Shown piece by piece: positions 26,937-40,400 of a stretch of DNA of 64,000 nt. Under the pieces are notes generated by a model. That model searched no databases. It had not been told where the DNA came from and saw only the letters and a list, made by a program, of their open reading frames with translations. Location of the stretch: contig MNCI01001967.1 in assembly GCA_015680685.1 (NCBI GenBank), positions 147,354-211,353 on the forward strand. Reading direction: 5' to 3'. Origin of the DNA: Gnetum montanum (Eukaryota > Plantae > Gnetophyta). The number at the start of each line of letters is the position of its first letter. Position 1 is the stretch's first letter. The translations under genes and the position numbers were made by a program.

Positions 26937-27745
26937 CCACGGACATAATGCCCGGCAATGGCTGCGGTGGGTGCGCCCACGGACATAACGCCCGGCGGAC
27001 ATAACGCCCGGCGGTGGCTGCGAGAGGGGCAGTGCCCATACTTTGTTTTGGGCATTAGTTGCGAGTGCTCCTGGGCGGAGCTCAGACGCCACATCCGCCG
27101 GACCTCGGCGCGGTACCACCCTGATGCAGGGTGTTCACAGGAGGACAGGGGTCGGCGCGAGTCGCTTATGCAAGGCATCTAGCAGGCGGCTAACTTCGTG
27201 GATACGGAGGATCCTCGGAATACCCTCGATATCCTCCATGAGCTGGAGCGCCCAAACTGCGCTTGTAGGCGGCTTCCGACTCACCTGTAGGGGGTGGTCC
27301 CTGGNNNNNNNNNNNNNNNNNNNNNNNNNNNNNNNNNNNNNNNNNNNNNNNNNNNNNNNNNNNNNNNNNNNNNNNNNNNNNNNNNNNNNNNNNNNNNNNN
27401 NNNNNNNNNNNNNNNNNNNNNNNNNNNNNNNNNNNNNNNNNNNNNNNNNNNNNNNNNNNNNNNNNNNNNNNNNNNNNNNNNNNNNNNNNNNNNNNNNNNN
27501 NNNNNNNNNNNNNNNNCCCCCCCACGGCCGTTGTGTTGTTGGGGGGTCGCCCCCCAGGTGTTTAGGCTTCCCTCGGTTTTCTCGGTTCTGGCTGGCTGTG
27601 TGTCTGTCTCCTCTGCGTTTTCTGGGGCCCAGGGGCCCTCCCTGTGGGGTTTCTCCTGATGGCCCACCGCTTGTTATCGCTTGTAATCTTTGTAACATAA
27701 TTTTGCTCCTTTAATATAATCCCGACCTCTTTCTCAAAAAAAAAA
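26937..27745 (+). mobile_element. Young 5'-truncated non-LTR insertion, copy D, carrying a J-domain
   Basis: 15-bp TSD AATGATCAATTTGTC (26922-26936, 27744-27758); A10 tail 27736-27745 after TTTAATATAA; GC/CpG-rich; N-gap 27305-27516. Confidence 0.92.
27030..27290 (+). pseudogene. DnaJ/J-domain coding segment with one internal TAG
   Basis: QCPYFVLGISCECSWAELRRHIRRTSARYHPDAGCSQEDRGRRESLMQGI*QAANFVDTEDPRNTLDILHELERPNCACRRLPTHL*; HPD at 27117-27125; spacing fits the J-domain pattern Y.VLG..S..E.....A..YHPD....I..A.....R..D. Confidence 0.82.
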
Positions 27746-30700
27746 TGATCAATTTGTCAATTCTTAATGTTCCATCACCAATCTGAAATTTTTTATGGTT
27801 GTCTCTCATCTTTACACACATTATCAAATTTCATAAAGGAAATGTTACAATCTCTTTTAACACCTACTTCACTTTTTACTTGTTGATTGTTCTTATCTTT
27901 TAGTTTCCATCATTTCCCAAGCATATTTATTCTTCAATGTTTGTTTGGATAAAAGTTGCTCATATAAGATTGAAGGGCGCAACACAAAGTTGCATTCGAA
28001 AATCTCAAGCACTCCTAATGATCTGTCAGAAAAGTTCTAAATCTGTGTCTGAGGTGTTTCCTCGGTCAATGCAGGGGTCAGCTGACCCATTATCCCTGTG
28101 GAATCAAGGTATTTTGAATGCATCGCATTGCTACCGTAATGATGTGCAACTGTTGAATTTTCGGCCTCTTTCATCAGTGCATTTGCATTCTTCAAACTAT
28201 GCAGCAGGATCCCAGAATTGCTTATAACAAACAGATTCAGGTAACAACTCGAAAATGCATGTTTATATGAAATCATGATAATCTTTATTAACAACAATTT
28301 ACATGATCTTAATAACTAGAAAGGAGACGTGGCTAATCTTTCTTCACAACAATTTGAGATTATTGCTGATTACTTTTAATTCAAAATCGTTCTTCCTTTA
28401 GGATGACGGTAACTAGCAATTTTATATACTTTGTTAGTATGGCTATTACAATTGGTAGGTGCCTGCATGGCGCATGAACAGGATGAACATTGAGCCTCTG
28501 AGTGATGACTCTGTACACTTATATAATTTGTTAGCATTGTCTCTGTGGCTCTGAAGCTGGGTGCATAACTACCGGACTTTGTAACCAACCACCAGCTAAT
28601 TTGGGTGCAAGAAAGAAAAAGTCTGCACATGATAGCCTAGGTGAAATTTGCAGTAAAAATTCTTTTGAAAATAGATTAGCAAGGATAAAAGATAGTTTTG
28701 CTTGGTCCATCTTTTATAAATATGTTGAGTTTCAGTATTTTTACTACTGCTATTTTGGTATTATAAAAATTTGGTAACATAATACAGAGGCATGCTTTAC
28801 TCGGTTCATTGGTATATAGAATAAATGCAACAAGAAGAATCTAGAAAACTGTGAATACATACATAACATATTTTCCTGTGATTAAAACAAGATCACAAAG
28901 CATTTTTATTATTATTTATTTGTAACATGAAACTGTAGACTCTGAATATGCAATAAAAAACTAATGAAAATACAAGAAGCTAGTTTCCTCAATTGAATTG
29001 TTTGCATCGTTGTTTTATTGATTTCATTTCTCCCGTATAAAATGCCTTTATACATCCAAAATGAAGGGCATTTTGAGGTATACCGGAATCTTGTTTGTTT
29101 GGCAGTTATTTATTTATTTTTTTTTTCAAAAATCGTGAATGTGATATCGTATGCTGAAGTGAAATTTCTTGGATAAACCACATATTTCATTCTCATAACT
29201 ACACAAAATGTACATCATTAGATTGGAGCGTTCACAAATCTGACCACCTTTAGAAGAAGAAGAACCATCGCAGGGTAACTTAGCCCATGTGAACTGTTAT
29301 TTTATTAAAACATGTATTTATAAACTCTATTGAATCTTACATTACGACAAGGACGTGTCTGTGCTATCGCATGTTGTTTTACCTAAGGATTTTTTTCCTT
29401 TTTTCCTCTTTTTTCCCATGTTCTAACATGTGCCATGCATCCGTGCCAGGACTACTGACTTAGTTCAGTCATCTGGGCTCTCAAAATGGAAGGAAGAGAA
29501 AAGGTAGTGGCAGGATTTATTTTGTGGGCAATGCCCTTGCATTTTGCTCGTAAAAGAAATGTATTTGAAACCCAAAGATCGTGGTCTTGGTTTTGATGTA
29601 TAGCATTAGATAAATGCGATGAGTCCCAAGTAAGATGTCATCAATGAACAAGTGAAAGCGTCACAATAAATATTCATTTTACAGGTTAGCATATGACTGA
29701 CTGAGAAATCTTCAGTAACATCATTCGACTTTGACGTTCATGGATGCTGGATTCTTTTTACGTGATATGTTCCCAGTCAGTTTCTAGTGCTGATCTTTTG
29801 TAATTTTATCCTTTTGTTCAGCATGGGGTGACCGGAGAAGAATCTCAGGTTGTTGTTGTTCATTCTTTGGTTAGTTTGTTTTCTTGTTACTTCGGTATTT
29901 GCATTATTAACCAAGCAAATTGATGGCGATGCATCACGATGTTGATGTATTACACGTTAATGTTCATCCAGAGCTTTTTATTGGTATTCATTGAGCTTAG
30001 CCGTTCTTCACAACACAAAAAGCCAGATTGCGACACAGAATGGCCCTAGCGAAAGAAAAAACAAACGCTTCAAATTTCATTTTAATCTGAATAGGTGTCG
30101 CCAAACAGACCACAAAGGAATTTCTACCACAATCCTAACGGTGAACAATCCAGAAATGACAAAGATGCAAGTGTAAATATGAAAATGAGTTAAACATCAA
30201 TACTTTAAAACACAAGTAGTTACTTCAAAATAAACTCTTATGGAGTCCAATATCAAATCAAACAGAACCAATATCAGAATGTATGTAAAATATTACCATT
30301 TAGCAAATAAAGTGCAAAACCTAAGCCATAAGAAAAGCATACCAATTTGAGAGATTCTCCAATAATTAAAGGGGAAAAATAGTAGCTTAGAAACCTGAAT
30401 CTTTTTTTAATTTAGCTTACTATTGCTTACAAGAATTGAGCTTATAACTTTAAGCTTTCAAATCAAGTAATAATTTTACTTAGAAATTAAAGAGATAATG
30501 AAACATTAGCACTTTAGAATTGCTATTTTGTGCAATGTATCCTATTGACTATTTATTTAATTATTTTAGGTTCTCACAACCCCCTTCCCATCCCTTGGAT
30601 CAACAAGATTTTTTTCAAAATATATGTCATTTGTAAGACATGGTTTGATTTTACTAGGTAGCATTAGGTTATAAATTTAAAAAATAAAATTATGTAAAAG

Positions 30701-30899
30701 GAATTCTAAAACTAGTTTGAAATATCCAAGGAGATTTAGTAGGCAAAAGTAAAAATTTTGGTTTTTAGGTTTTACCATATTCATCATCAATTGCAAAAGA
30801 ATATGTGACTGATGACTACCGAAGGTGTAGGGGTTAGGCAGAAAATCAAAAATTTCAGGGCTAGGAGAAAATTGAAAGAATCAGGCCCTGTACCCTCAT

Positions 30900-33800
30900 G
30901 ACTAATCGCGAACCTTTGGTAGCGTTAGGATGGAGAAAGAAAAGGAGTAAGAAAGATAGATAAAAAGGGACTATGGCATCGATGAAGTGGATGCCATCGA
31001 TGAAGTGGATGCCATCGATGAAGTGGATGTCAAAATGGAAATAAACAAAAATAAAATTAATTGCAAAATGTTAAGGGAAAGAATTTAACTAAGGCTCCAA
31101 ATAGGAATGTTAGTGGGTCCTCCCCAAAGCNAAACAAAGGGGAGAATGGGAAGAGAGAAGGGCCTTAGTTAGAGGTAACACGTTTGGTTCCATAACCAGT
31201 GCTTGTAGCCCAAGTTTATTCGTCTAAGGGATGTGCTTTGAATTCACACTTGGTTTTTTTTTTTTTGTGTGTTTTGTGTTTTTATGTGTGAGAACCACAC
31301 CATGCAAAGACTTTTTTTTTTTTTTGTCTCAGCTTCCGATAATTGGGTAACATCGGAACGGCAAGAAAACTCAAGAAGAAACATTCAAGCACCCAAGACA
31401 ATGACCAACACAAAAGCATCAAGTTCCTTTGAAGTCACACCCTTTTCAATCCATGAGTCCTTCCTTAGTTTGAGAAATCCCTAGTCACCGATTCATTAAA
31501 GTTCTTATTAGAAAGGGATTGTACATTTCCAAGCCAAGAGAGACCATAGAAACGGGTGGATGGATGGATGAAGTGGTCTCATTGCTTGCCATATCAAAAG
31601 AAACATACCTTAGTATCAACATTGTGACTTAAAGGTAAAAACCAAACATTAGCAATCAATATGAAAACAGTTCATACCATCATGAAGAACGCTTATTATG
31701 GGACAAACTTACAGGGTGGATCACACACACACACAAATTGAAAAAGTATAACGATGATGTAAAACAAAAACGAGAAAAGTTAAAGAAATTTGTAAAACAA
31801 AAACTTAAAAGAACTGAGGGCCCCATATGATCAGCATAGGTGGCCATCCCCCCCATGACTGAGTTGTAAGGGAGAGATTCGAAATAATGAGCATCTGTTT
31901 GAATTTCGTAAAAGTGCCCAACTTTTTCCAATTGATGATCGTAGATTGAGGGATGGTAGTTGGCGACGCTCATATTCCAATGTATCTATGTCTTCATTGT
32001 TGGCATGGGTTTCCTCAGTGCGTTCCATGTATATTTGTTTGCTCCTTCTAGTAGCTGTCAACCACGGGGTGTCTACTACTTCTTGTGTGGTTGTTACATA
32101 CAGGCATCTTTGGTTCAAAGTTTCTTGGGCACACCTGTTACATGGAGACATTTCCTCCATGTCATCACTTGATGAATCACTGTATGTGATGCATGGAACT
32201 TTCCTCTTCTCGATCTTTCCACATATGTTTATTTTAGAGATTTCCAAGGAAAGATCGCGGATCCTAAGGCATGCGTCTATTGTACTCAGCCATGCCCTTC
32301 CCATTATAATCGAGAAGTCCCCTTCGTTGTTGTTCACTTCAATCACCAGAAATTCAGCTGGGTAAGACCAACCACACATAGTGGTGATGATGTCCTCCAC
32401 TAATCCCAAGGGAATGGTGATGGACTAGTCTGCCAGCTCTAGTTGAATGTTGCTCTTCTTAAGTTGGGGTAGGTTCCAGGCGTGATACATCTCACGTGAT
32501 ATTAAGTTGACTCTAGAACCCGAGTTAAGAAGAGCCCTATGTGGTTTCTTTCTGGCGATCTGCAAATAGATCAAGGGACTCCCAGGGTCAGTTAGTTTCC
32601 TGGGAAGGTGGCCTACCTTGATCCAGTCGGTTACGGTATGCGTTAACATAACCGTATGCGTTACGCTCTGTTGGACTGAAGGGTTCTCCGAAGTGTTAGA
32701 TGGTGGAGGAGTGTACATGGCCTCAACCGCTTGTTGTTGCGAGAGTTTGTATAGGCTTTTGGTTCTGAAGTAAAGTCTTCTCTTTTTACAGTTTTCAGAA
32801 CTAGCAGCAGGTTGGATATTTACAGCTCTCGCAGCGTGATGTTGCTGTGGTTGAGGAGGAAGTTCCCCTTGCATTGTTGGAGCAGGAGGTGTTATGGGAA
32901 CTACTTGTGGTGGAAGAGGTGCGGATGGATTAGGAGGATGGAACGAGTGTGAGATGTCTCCCGGAGGAGAAGGAGTCCTTCTGAAGTACTCCCGAACTTG
33001 GTAGTGACGGTTGGGGGTTGCGTGACCCATAGAGTCACTTGGAGAAATCGGCTGCTGCACATAATAACCATATGGATCAGGCTACCGGTAAGGGTACTGT
33101 TGTGTTGGCGGTGGCATCCCCCATGACTGTGGGTATTGCCACTGCTGATGCTGTCCGATGGGCTGTGGTGGAGTTCCACTTGGATAATACGTTAAGGGTT
33201 GGTGGAACTGCCTTGGGTTACCTTGTGGATAAGGTAACCTTCGGGGTGTTTGCCGTTGGTTGAGTCTTGGATTAAGCGCATACACCCCAGACTCCTGTAG
33301 ATGTGAGATGATGGGGCAACATCCCTTAGGATGGTCATAATGGCAGATCTCACATCCACCGTCATCGTCTGAATCAGAATCCTCAGCCACATCGGAGTTA
33401 GTGATTTTTCCCTTACCCTTGTTATGTGCAGGGCCTAAATCTCTCCACTTTTTCTTACCTTTGTCACTACTTTGTTCTACCTTAGACTCTTCTACAATTT
33501 TCAAGACTGTTTCAATTCTTGAGTCTAAGGAATCCCACATTTGGTCTACCTTGGCCGATATCTCGGTTGTTAACTTTTGGATCGGCAAAGTTTTCCGATT
33601 CACCAACTTTTCGATTGGTGACTCATCCTCTTCATCACAAAATTTCACTCCCTTCTTTCGAAGGGAGAGATCATGGTTATACTCTTCCGCACTTTCCCTT
33701 TTGCGTAGCTCACCTTCTTCGTTTGCTACTTGCTCCAACAAGCTACGTACTTCATGGGCTCTAAGTTGTGAGAGTCTCCCTTGGGCATAAGTCCCAAGGG

Positions 33801-35986
33801 TTTTTCTAGTTTCATTCCTTAGACCATCCACAATGTGGCGAAGTTGATCCCGTTGAGCGTACCCATGGTCCGGGCAACGATGTAACAATGTGTAATAGCG
33901 GGCCATGGCAGCATCCAAGGGTTCGTGTGTACCTTGCTTCCAGCCTTGGATCTGCTTACGCAAATTGGACACTCTGGAGTACGTTTGATACTTTTCGTTG
34001 AACAGTTCTAGCATCGTACTCCACCTCCTGATGGTTTCCAGTTCTAAGGACCGGTATCAGCTCTCTGCTTCTTTGGTGAGTGTCCTTGGGAACAACTTAA
34101 GTTTTTGCCACTCATTTTCTATATTCTGCAAGGCACAAGCATCGTGGAATGCCTGTAAATGATTTTGCAGATCAGCATTGTATCCCCCTTCAAATTGTGG
34201 GATGTTGTTCTTGTCTAATCGTTTGATCCGGCTATCCCTTAAATGCCTTGTGGGAATCCTAACTGCCTTCGTAATGTCAAGCATACTTTGGGTTGCGAGT
34301 AGGGGCTCGTCATGATCGTCTCTTTCATGACACCTGTGATGTTTGCGTTGTTCCCTACTCTCCCTACGTCCTTGCCCTTGTCCTCTCTCTCGACTTTCAC
34401 GTCGAGGTCTTTCATCTTTCTTACTTTTATCCTCACCTTTATGTTCATGGTGGTTGCGCCCAAATGTGGAAGGAGAGGGTGAGTGATGTGAAGAAGGGGG
34501 AGAAGAAGGGGAACCATCGCCATGACGATGTTTCTTGCCTTCTCTTCGGCTGCTACGACCTCGATCGTTGTGACGATCAAAGTGCCCGTCCTTAGCATGA
34601 GTGGTTGTTTCCTCTGTGAACAGCTGGTGTTCACGAGCATCAGAACTAGGGATATGTATCGTTGATCGTAGGTTCTGATACTCATCCTCCTCACCATCGT
34701 TAGGAGGGGGAACATCCTTTGCTAAAGAACCCGTGATAAAGGGTTCCTCATCTCCTATTTCGCTAAGGACGTGCGGGGCTTTGCCCTTCAAAAAAACATG
34801 TTAACTCTCCTGTCTTAAGTCTCTCATACGTTGGGCATCTGTGGGATAATAATCCCTCATGTCAAAATCTTCTGCAACGTATTCCGCGAAATGCTCTTGC
34901 ATGCCAATCTGTACCAAGGCACGGAAAAGCATGCGAGAGATTGATCGATCTGGGGGTAACACAATGTTACCTTGCAAATCTCTCCACCATAGTTGTTCGT
35001 CTTGATGGAGAACAAAAGTAAAATTAGGAATATACTCATCGGGATGAGTATATGTCATCCTATATTGTTTAGGACTTGGCTGATTTTGGTTATGTTTTTT
35101 ATCTTGCCNNNNNNNNNNNNNNNNNNNNNNNNNNNNNNNNNNNNNNNNNNNNNNNNNNNNNNNNNNNNNNNNNNNNNNNNNNNNNNNNNNNNNNNNNNNN
35201 NNNNNNNNNNNNNNNNNNNNNNNNNNNNNNNNNNNNNNNNNNNNNNNNNNNNNNNNNNNNNNNNNNNNNNNNNNNNNNNNNNNNNNNNNNNNNNNNNNNN
35301 NNNNNNNNNNNNNNNNNNNNNNNNNNNNNNNNNNNNNNNNNNNNNNNNNNNNNNNNNNNNNNNNNNNNNNNNNNNNNNNNNNNNNNNNNNNNNNNNNNNN
35401 NNNNNNNNNNNNNNNNNNNNNNNNNNNNNNNNNNNNNNNNNNNNNNNNNNNNNNNNNNNNNNNNNNNNNNNNNNNNNNNNNNNNNNNNNNNNNNNNNNNN
35501 NNNNNNNNNNNNNNNNNNNNNNNNNNNNNNNNNNNNNNNNNNNNNNNNNNNNNNNNNNNGAGAGAATCTAATTGCGATGAGTAGCCGATTCCTTGGTTAG
35601 CCGTACACATTCGTTAATGCTTGTAACCAAGTCGTACTCATGCTGCGCTACTAGGAAAATAATAAATAACATGTAATAAACCTATTCCATGCACTGCAAG
35701 GTTTATCCACAAAGCTCGTCTTTATTGCCGTACACAACTTGTGTTCAAATACAAAGCTGCTCGAATAAAGATCCGTTCACTTGGGGACTCCTACTGCGGG
35801 CACATGGAAAATATTCTATCTCTGGAGTGACTAAACTGCCAGAGCTTTGCTACTTCTAGCCAAGGATGAGAAATGAGGGGAGTGCCGCCTCTTATTTATA
35901 AATTTGGCGGCGGACCGCGATATCACGTACGCGATATCGCGGGGGATGACGCGATATCACGGTGCATGCGATATTGCATCTCATCA
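30900..35986 (-). mobile_element. Athila-type element with gag-protease and no RT/integrase; 5' LTR partly in gap, 3' part lost
   Basis: LTR 35560-35986 ending CTCATCA; gag-PR homologous to 22.7-25.7 kb; downstream spacer resembles 54.5-54.7 kb (GGGTGTGAC.TCAA.GGAACTTG). Left boundary approximate. Confidence 0.85.
31831..35058 (-). pseudogene. gag-protease ORF, one frame with four internal stops
   Basis: Track ORFs ending at 34801, 34057, 33082, 32425 and 31831 share one frame; LKLFPRTLTKEA, CEICHYDHPKGCC, ALLNSGSRVNLIS, IIMGRAWL. Confidence 0.9.
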
Positions 35987-35999
35987 TCTTGGGAAAATT

Positions 36000-36600
36000 T
36001 TCAGATATCATAGATTGCAGAAAAATTTCATGTGGTTTGTCCAACTCAATTTTGATGGTAAATCAAATTGATATTCTCTTGCATACGCATATAAATATTG
36101 GATGCAAAACTCGAAAAATGTTTCCTAGTTCTACCATTGATGGTAAGTAGATCTTTGTAGCACTTTGCTATGTTACATAGGATACCTTCCAACAAAAATT
36201 CAATCAAAAAACTTAGAAGATGGATTTAGACAATGTGCCTCTTAATTGCTTTTACCATTCTTAGTTTTCCTCATTGAGCAAGCAAGAAGCTAAGTTTCCA
36301 TTTTTCAAACTCAGTTCTCATTTTTCAACTTGCATGACCATATTTTCCACACACCAAGATTAAGTACCTTCAACTACATTCATATCCTCCTCCTTTGCAA
36401 ACTCAAAGGAAAATGCATTTCCGTGGATTAAAGTCATTTCCACTACCATGGAGGCTTGTGCCCTCCTCACCTGTGCTTACATGTTTTAAGTGTTGGTGCT
36501 CAACTAGAGAAGATTTTGATGAGGGCAAATTGAAACTACCTTTATTGATTCTAAAGGGCTTTAGTAAAGATAGAGACCCTAAATTCCTAACTATTAGTTC
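36000..36600 (-). pseudogene. Old L1 ORF1 (DUF4283-like) remnant
   Basis: Minus strand about 36290-36425 reads GNAFSFEFAKEEDMNVVEGT*SWCVENMVMQVEK*. Confidence 0.5.
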
Positions 36601-37494
36601 CAAGAAACATAACATTTACTCCCATAATACTTTGATAGAAATTTATTTATAACTCTAGAATTGAATCTATGACTTAAGCTTCCAAATTAAGAACCTTACC
36701 ACTAGACTAACACCTCATTGTTGAAATTAATATTTCCCCTTTGGGGCAGGGCTGGTTGATGGGTGTTTTATTTATTTATTTTATTTGTTGGGGTGCATAG
36801 ATGATTATATGTAACTTGAACATATGGCCAGCACACAAACTTTCACATTACTTTTGTTAAACATAATAATGATCTTTCAAATCAATATAACCATTGGAAT
36901 CAAACCTATAAAATATAAATCAAGAGTCACACCCTCTAACTAACTAAACAACTCCTGAATGCCCTCATCAACATTTCTTAATAAGGTTTTTCAAGAGTTA
37001 CCAACGGCCCATTAAGACCTTGTAATAGTGTCTATAATAAATTGTTATTTTTCGATTGACACTTTGAGGTCTCTTCAATTTCCATTTCCAATTACTCCAC
37101 TTTACTGACTTATTTGGTATTAGTATTATTTTAAAAAAAAAGTGTAGCCTAATTTTAACTTGCGCCCAACGACTTGAAGAGATGAGCACTATGACTGATC
37201 ATTTTTTTAATTATTTTTTTTAAAAGCAAAAATGTAGCGCCCTTGGTAGATTAAAAATGATTCCTAAAGGTTTTATTTAGACCCTTACCACGCGTCGGAA
37301 CAGCTGATCACAAAATTCAGCGTGATCAATATCGCGTCGAACTAATTAGATCTGTAAGCGGAACTCCTCCTGCGAAGAAGGCAAGAGCCTTACTGTTAAA
37401 CGATTTTGGTCGCTAAAGGTTCTGTTAATGCACAGACGAGAAGGAAAATTGCTTCACCTAAATCCGATTGTGTCATTCGCAGCAATTTCAGGCA

Positions 37495-40400
37495 ATGGCG
37501 AAGGAAGTCGATTCTTCAACGGAGAACACCGGTGACAGAATTTCGCCGGCTTCCACACAAGAACCTCACGAGTCTTCCTCTTCCACGGAGAAACAGAAAG
37601 ATGAGGTTCCAGCGGATCATCCAGGGGTATTTTTTTCTGAAGTAGTATATTTCAGATTCAAAGTGTTTGCATCTTTTATAATTTTGCATAAATAATTGGA
37701 AACCTGTATTTCTGACATCAAGGTTTACATAGTCTTTTTTTATGTTTTTCGTTAATTGTCAGGAATATCCAAATGTAGGGTTTGCAGCTTACCCGAATTT
37801 GTCGGGGGCGGGAAGGACCTTGCCGATTCCATTCATGTTTCCAGGTATTTTTCCTGCCGTGACAGCCGCTGCTGCAACAACTGAGAATCCGGTGCAGCAA
37901 AACGGGAGTGGCATTTACATGGTTCCTGTTTTCCCGTTTCCAGCCTATGCTCCTGGAAATCTTGTTCCCATCACTTATAACTTGCCAAGGTCAGAGAGCT
38001 CAGTCATTTCATACATATCAGGATCGTTTATTTTGTAATCTGTTGTATTTTGATTATATATAAAATATTAAAATGCAATTTTCCTGCCCATAATGTCCGG
38101 TTTTTTGTGAATCATGTTTGAGATCACGACCATTATCACGTAAAGGTTTTCTCTGTAACCACAATAGATTTTAACGTTATAACAAAGTAAAACCTATCAT
38201 TGAGTTTTAATTGCGGAAACATTAAAGTTGGGATAAGTTGCATTCAGAAAATTGGAAAGAATATTTTGGGTGAAACAAAAGGCCAAAAATATATCCAAAA
38301 AAGAGACATGGTGGTGGAGTGATGAAGTGTAACACACAATCCAAAACAAGAAAAGTGCTTTAAGGAATGACAGCAAAGTGGTGGCCAAGAAAATAGGCTA
38401 ATATACAAAAGGGCAAAAAAGGGGGCAATTGTAGCAGTAGCCAAAGCCAAATATAAGGCCTTGAATAGCTTGTATGGGAAATTAAGAACACAGGAAGGAG
38501 AAATCTATTTATAAATTGGCAAAAATCAGAAATAAGAAATTTTAAAACATTGTTCATGTCAAATGCATTAAGGAAGCAAATGAAAGAATTTTGGTAAAAG
38601 ACAATGAAATTTTGGATAGGTGGAAAATTTATTTTCAAAATTTATTAAATGAAGAATTTCTAAGAGAAGACATCCAAGAAGAAGAACCAAATTCTAGTTT
38701 GGTTAATGGATTTTCCTTCTCTGAAGTGAAGATAGCCTTATCAAAAATGAAAAATGGAAAGGCTCTTGGACCAAATAACGTTCCTATGGAAGCTTGGAAA
38801 GCATTGGGAGATATAGGAATTACTCGGTTGACACAATTATTTAACAAAATTTGGAAGGATGGAGATATGCTCAATATTTGGAAAAAAAGTTGTGTTGTTC
38901 CCATTTACAAAATTAAAGGAGATGTACAAAATTGTGCAAACTATAGAGAGATCAAGCTAATGAGCTAAACTATGAAGTTTTGGGAGAGCATCGTAGAGCA
39001 ATGTCTCAAACTTGAATCAATAGTATCAGAAAATCAATTTGGATTTATGCTAAGGAGATCTACTATGGAGGCTATTTTCTTGATATGACAATTGATGGAG
39101 AAATTCAAAAAAACATAGAAAAAGCTTTGTATGATCTTCACTAATTTAGAAAAAGCATATGATAGAGTGCCTAAAGATATTATTTGGTGGGCCTTGTGGA
39201 GGAAAAACATATCCGATAATATATATTAAAGTGATTCAAGACATATATGAAGGAGCTACCACTAAAATTAGAATAGCTGATGGAATAACATCTGAATTTC
39301 TAGTTACAGTAGGTTTGCATCAAGGGTCTGCACTTAGCTTGTACGTATTTGCCATTATTATGGATGACTTAACAACGGAAATACAAGATGAATCCTTTGG
39401 TGTATGCTATTTGCAAATGATATTGTGTTGGTAGATACAATTCAAGAAAATATTGTTGCTAGAATGGAGAAGTAGAGATATGCTTTATAATCAAAAGGCT
39501 TAAAAATTAGCAAACGTAAGACAAAATATATGGAATGCAATTTTAATAACAACATAAATAGTGGTGAAATATAAGTGATAATTCAAGGCAAAAAAGTCCC
39601 TTACTACAAACAGTTTCGCTACCTGGTATTAATCCTCCAATCAAATAGTGAAATTGATAAAGATATTAGAAATATAAGTGAGGCAAGATGGTCAAAATGG
39701 AAGTAGGCTAGTAGTATTTTCTGTAATAAAAGAATACCAATAAAATTAAAGGGAAAATTTTACAGGATAGCAATCAGGCCTACTATCTTATATGGTGTTG
39801 AATGTTGAGCAATATAAGAGGCATGAACAACAAATCAGTGTGACAGAAATGTAAATACTTCAATGGATGTTGAATGTTATTAGAAGAGATAAACTACATA
39901 ATACAGACATCAAAAAGAAATTTGGAGTGGCTTCTATTGTGGATAAGTTGCAAGAATGGAGGCTTAGATGGTTTGGACATGTGCAAAGAAGATCAAACAA
40001 TGAATCTATATAAAAAAAAAGTTGCTCCATCGCTATTCCAGGAAAGCCACTGAAAGGAATATCAAAGAAGATATAGGGAAAAACTTATCAAAGATGATTT
40101 GAAGAAACCACAAATAAAAAAATGTCTAGCTCTACATAGAGGCAAATGGCAAAAAAGAACTCATATAACCGACTCCATTTTGTTGGGACAAGGCTAAGAT
40201 GATGATGATGATGATGAAACATTAAAGTTAAGATAAGCCTAAGATGATATCATGGAGGATTATGTAACCATTAAGCATGAAAGCTTGTCCTAGATTTACT
40301 TTTCATGGTTATGTAACCATTTAATAATTGAGGGTTTTTTTAATGTTAATCCCTTAATGGTTAGAAGAGGCTGCTTAATTAAAGTATTAAAAAATCATAG

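Larger units (their letters stand above)
26790..27935. repeat. Second patch of the ~370-bp repeat family, split by L1 copy D
   Basis: TTCTTAAAGTTGTATCGTCAATG near 26834 and TTCTTAATGTTCCATCACCAAT near 27761 match the 5.2-7.9 kb repeat. Confidence 0.8.

Noticed and set aside
27043-27714. ORF-track entries spanning N runs (also 34993-35610)
   Set aside because: Artefacts of translating through gaps.
26937-27745. Bacterial contamination or a host DnaJ retrocopy because of high GC
   Set aside because: TSD and poly(A) show genomic integration, and homologous peptide lies in RT-linked L1 fragments B and C.
27940-30200. Possible gene in unique-looking sequence with splice-like signals
   Set aside because: No consistent reading frame or recognisable motif could be assembled.
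32425-32427. Shared TAG after LELAD in two elements (also 23072) as programmed readthrough
   Set aside because: It lies mid-protease at a CAG (CHG) site, and CAG>TAG decay is pervasive here; parallel mutation is simpler.
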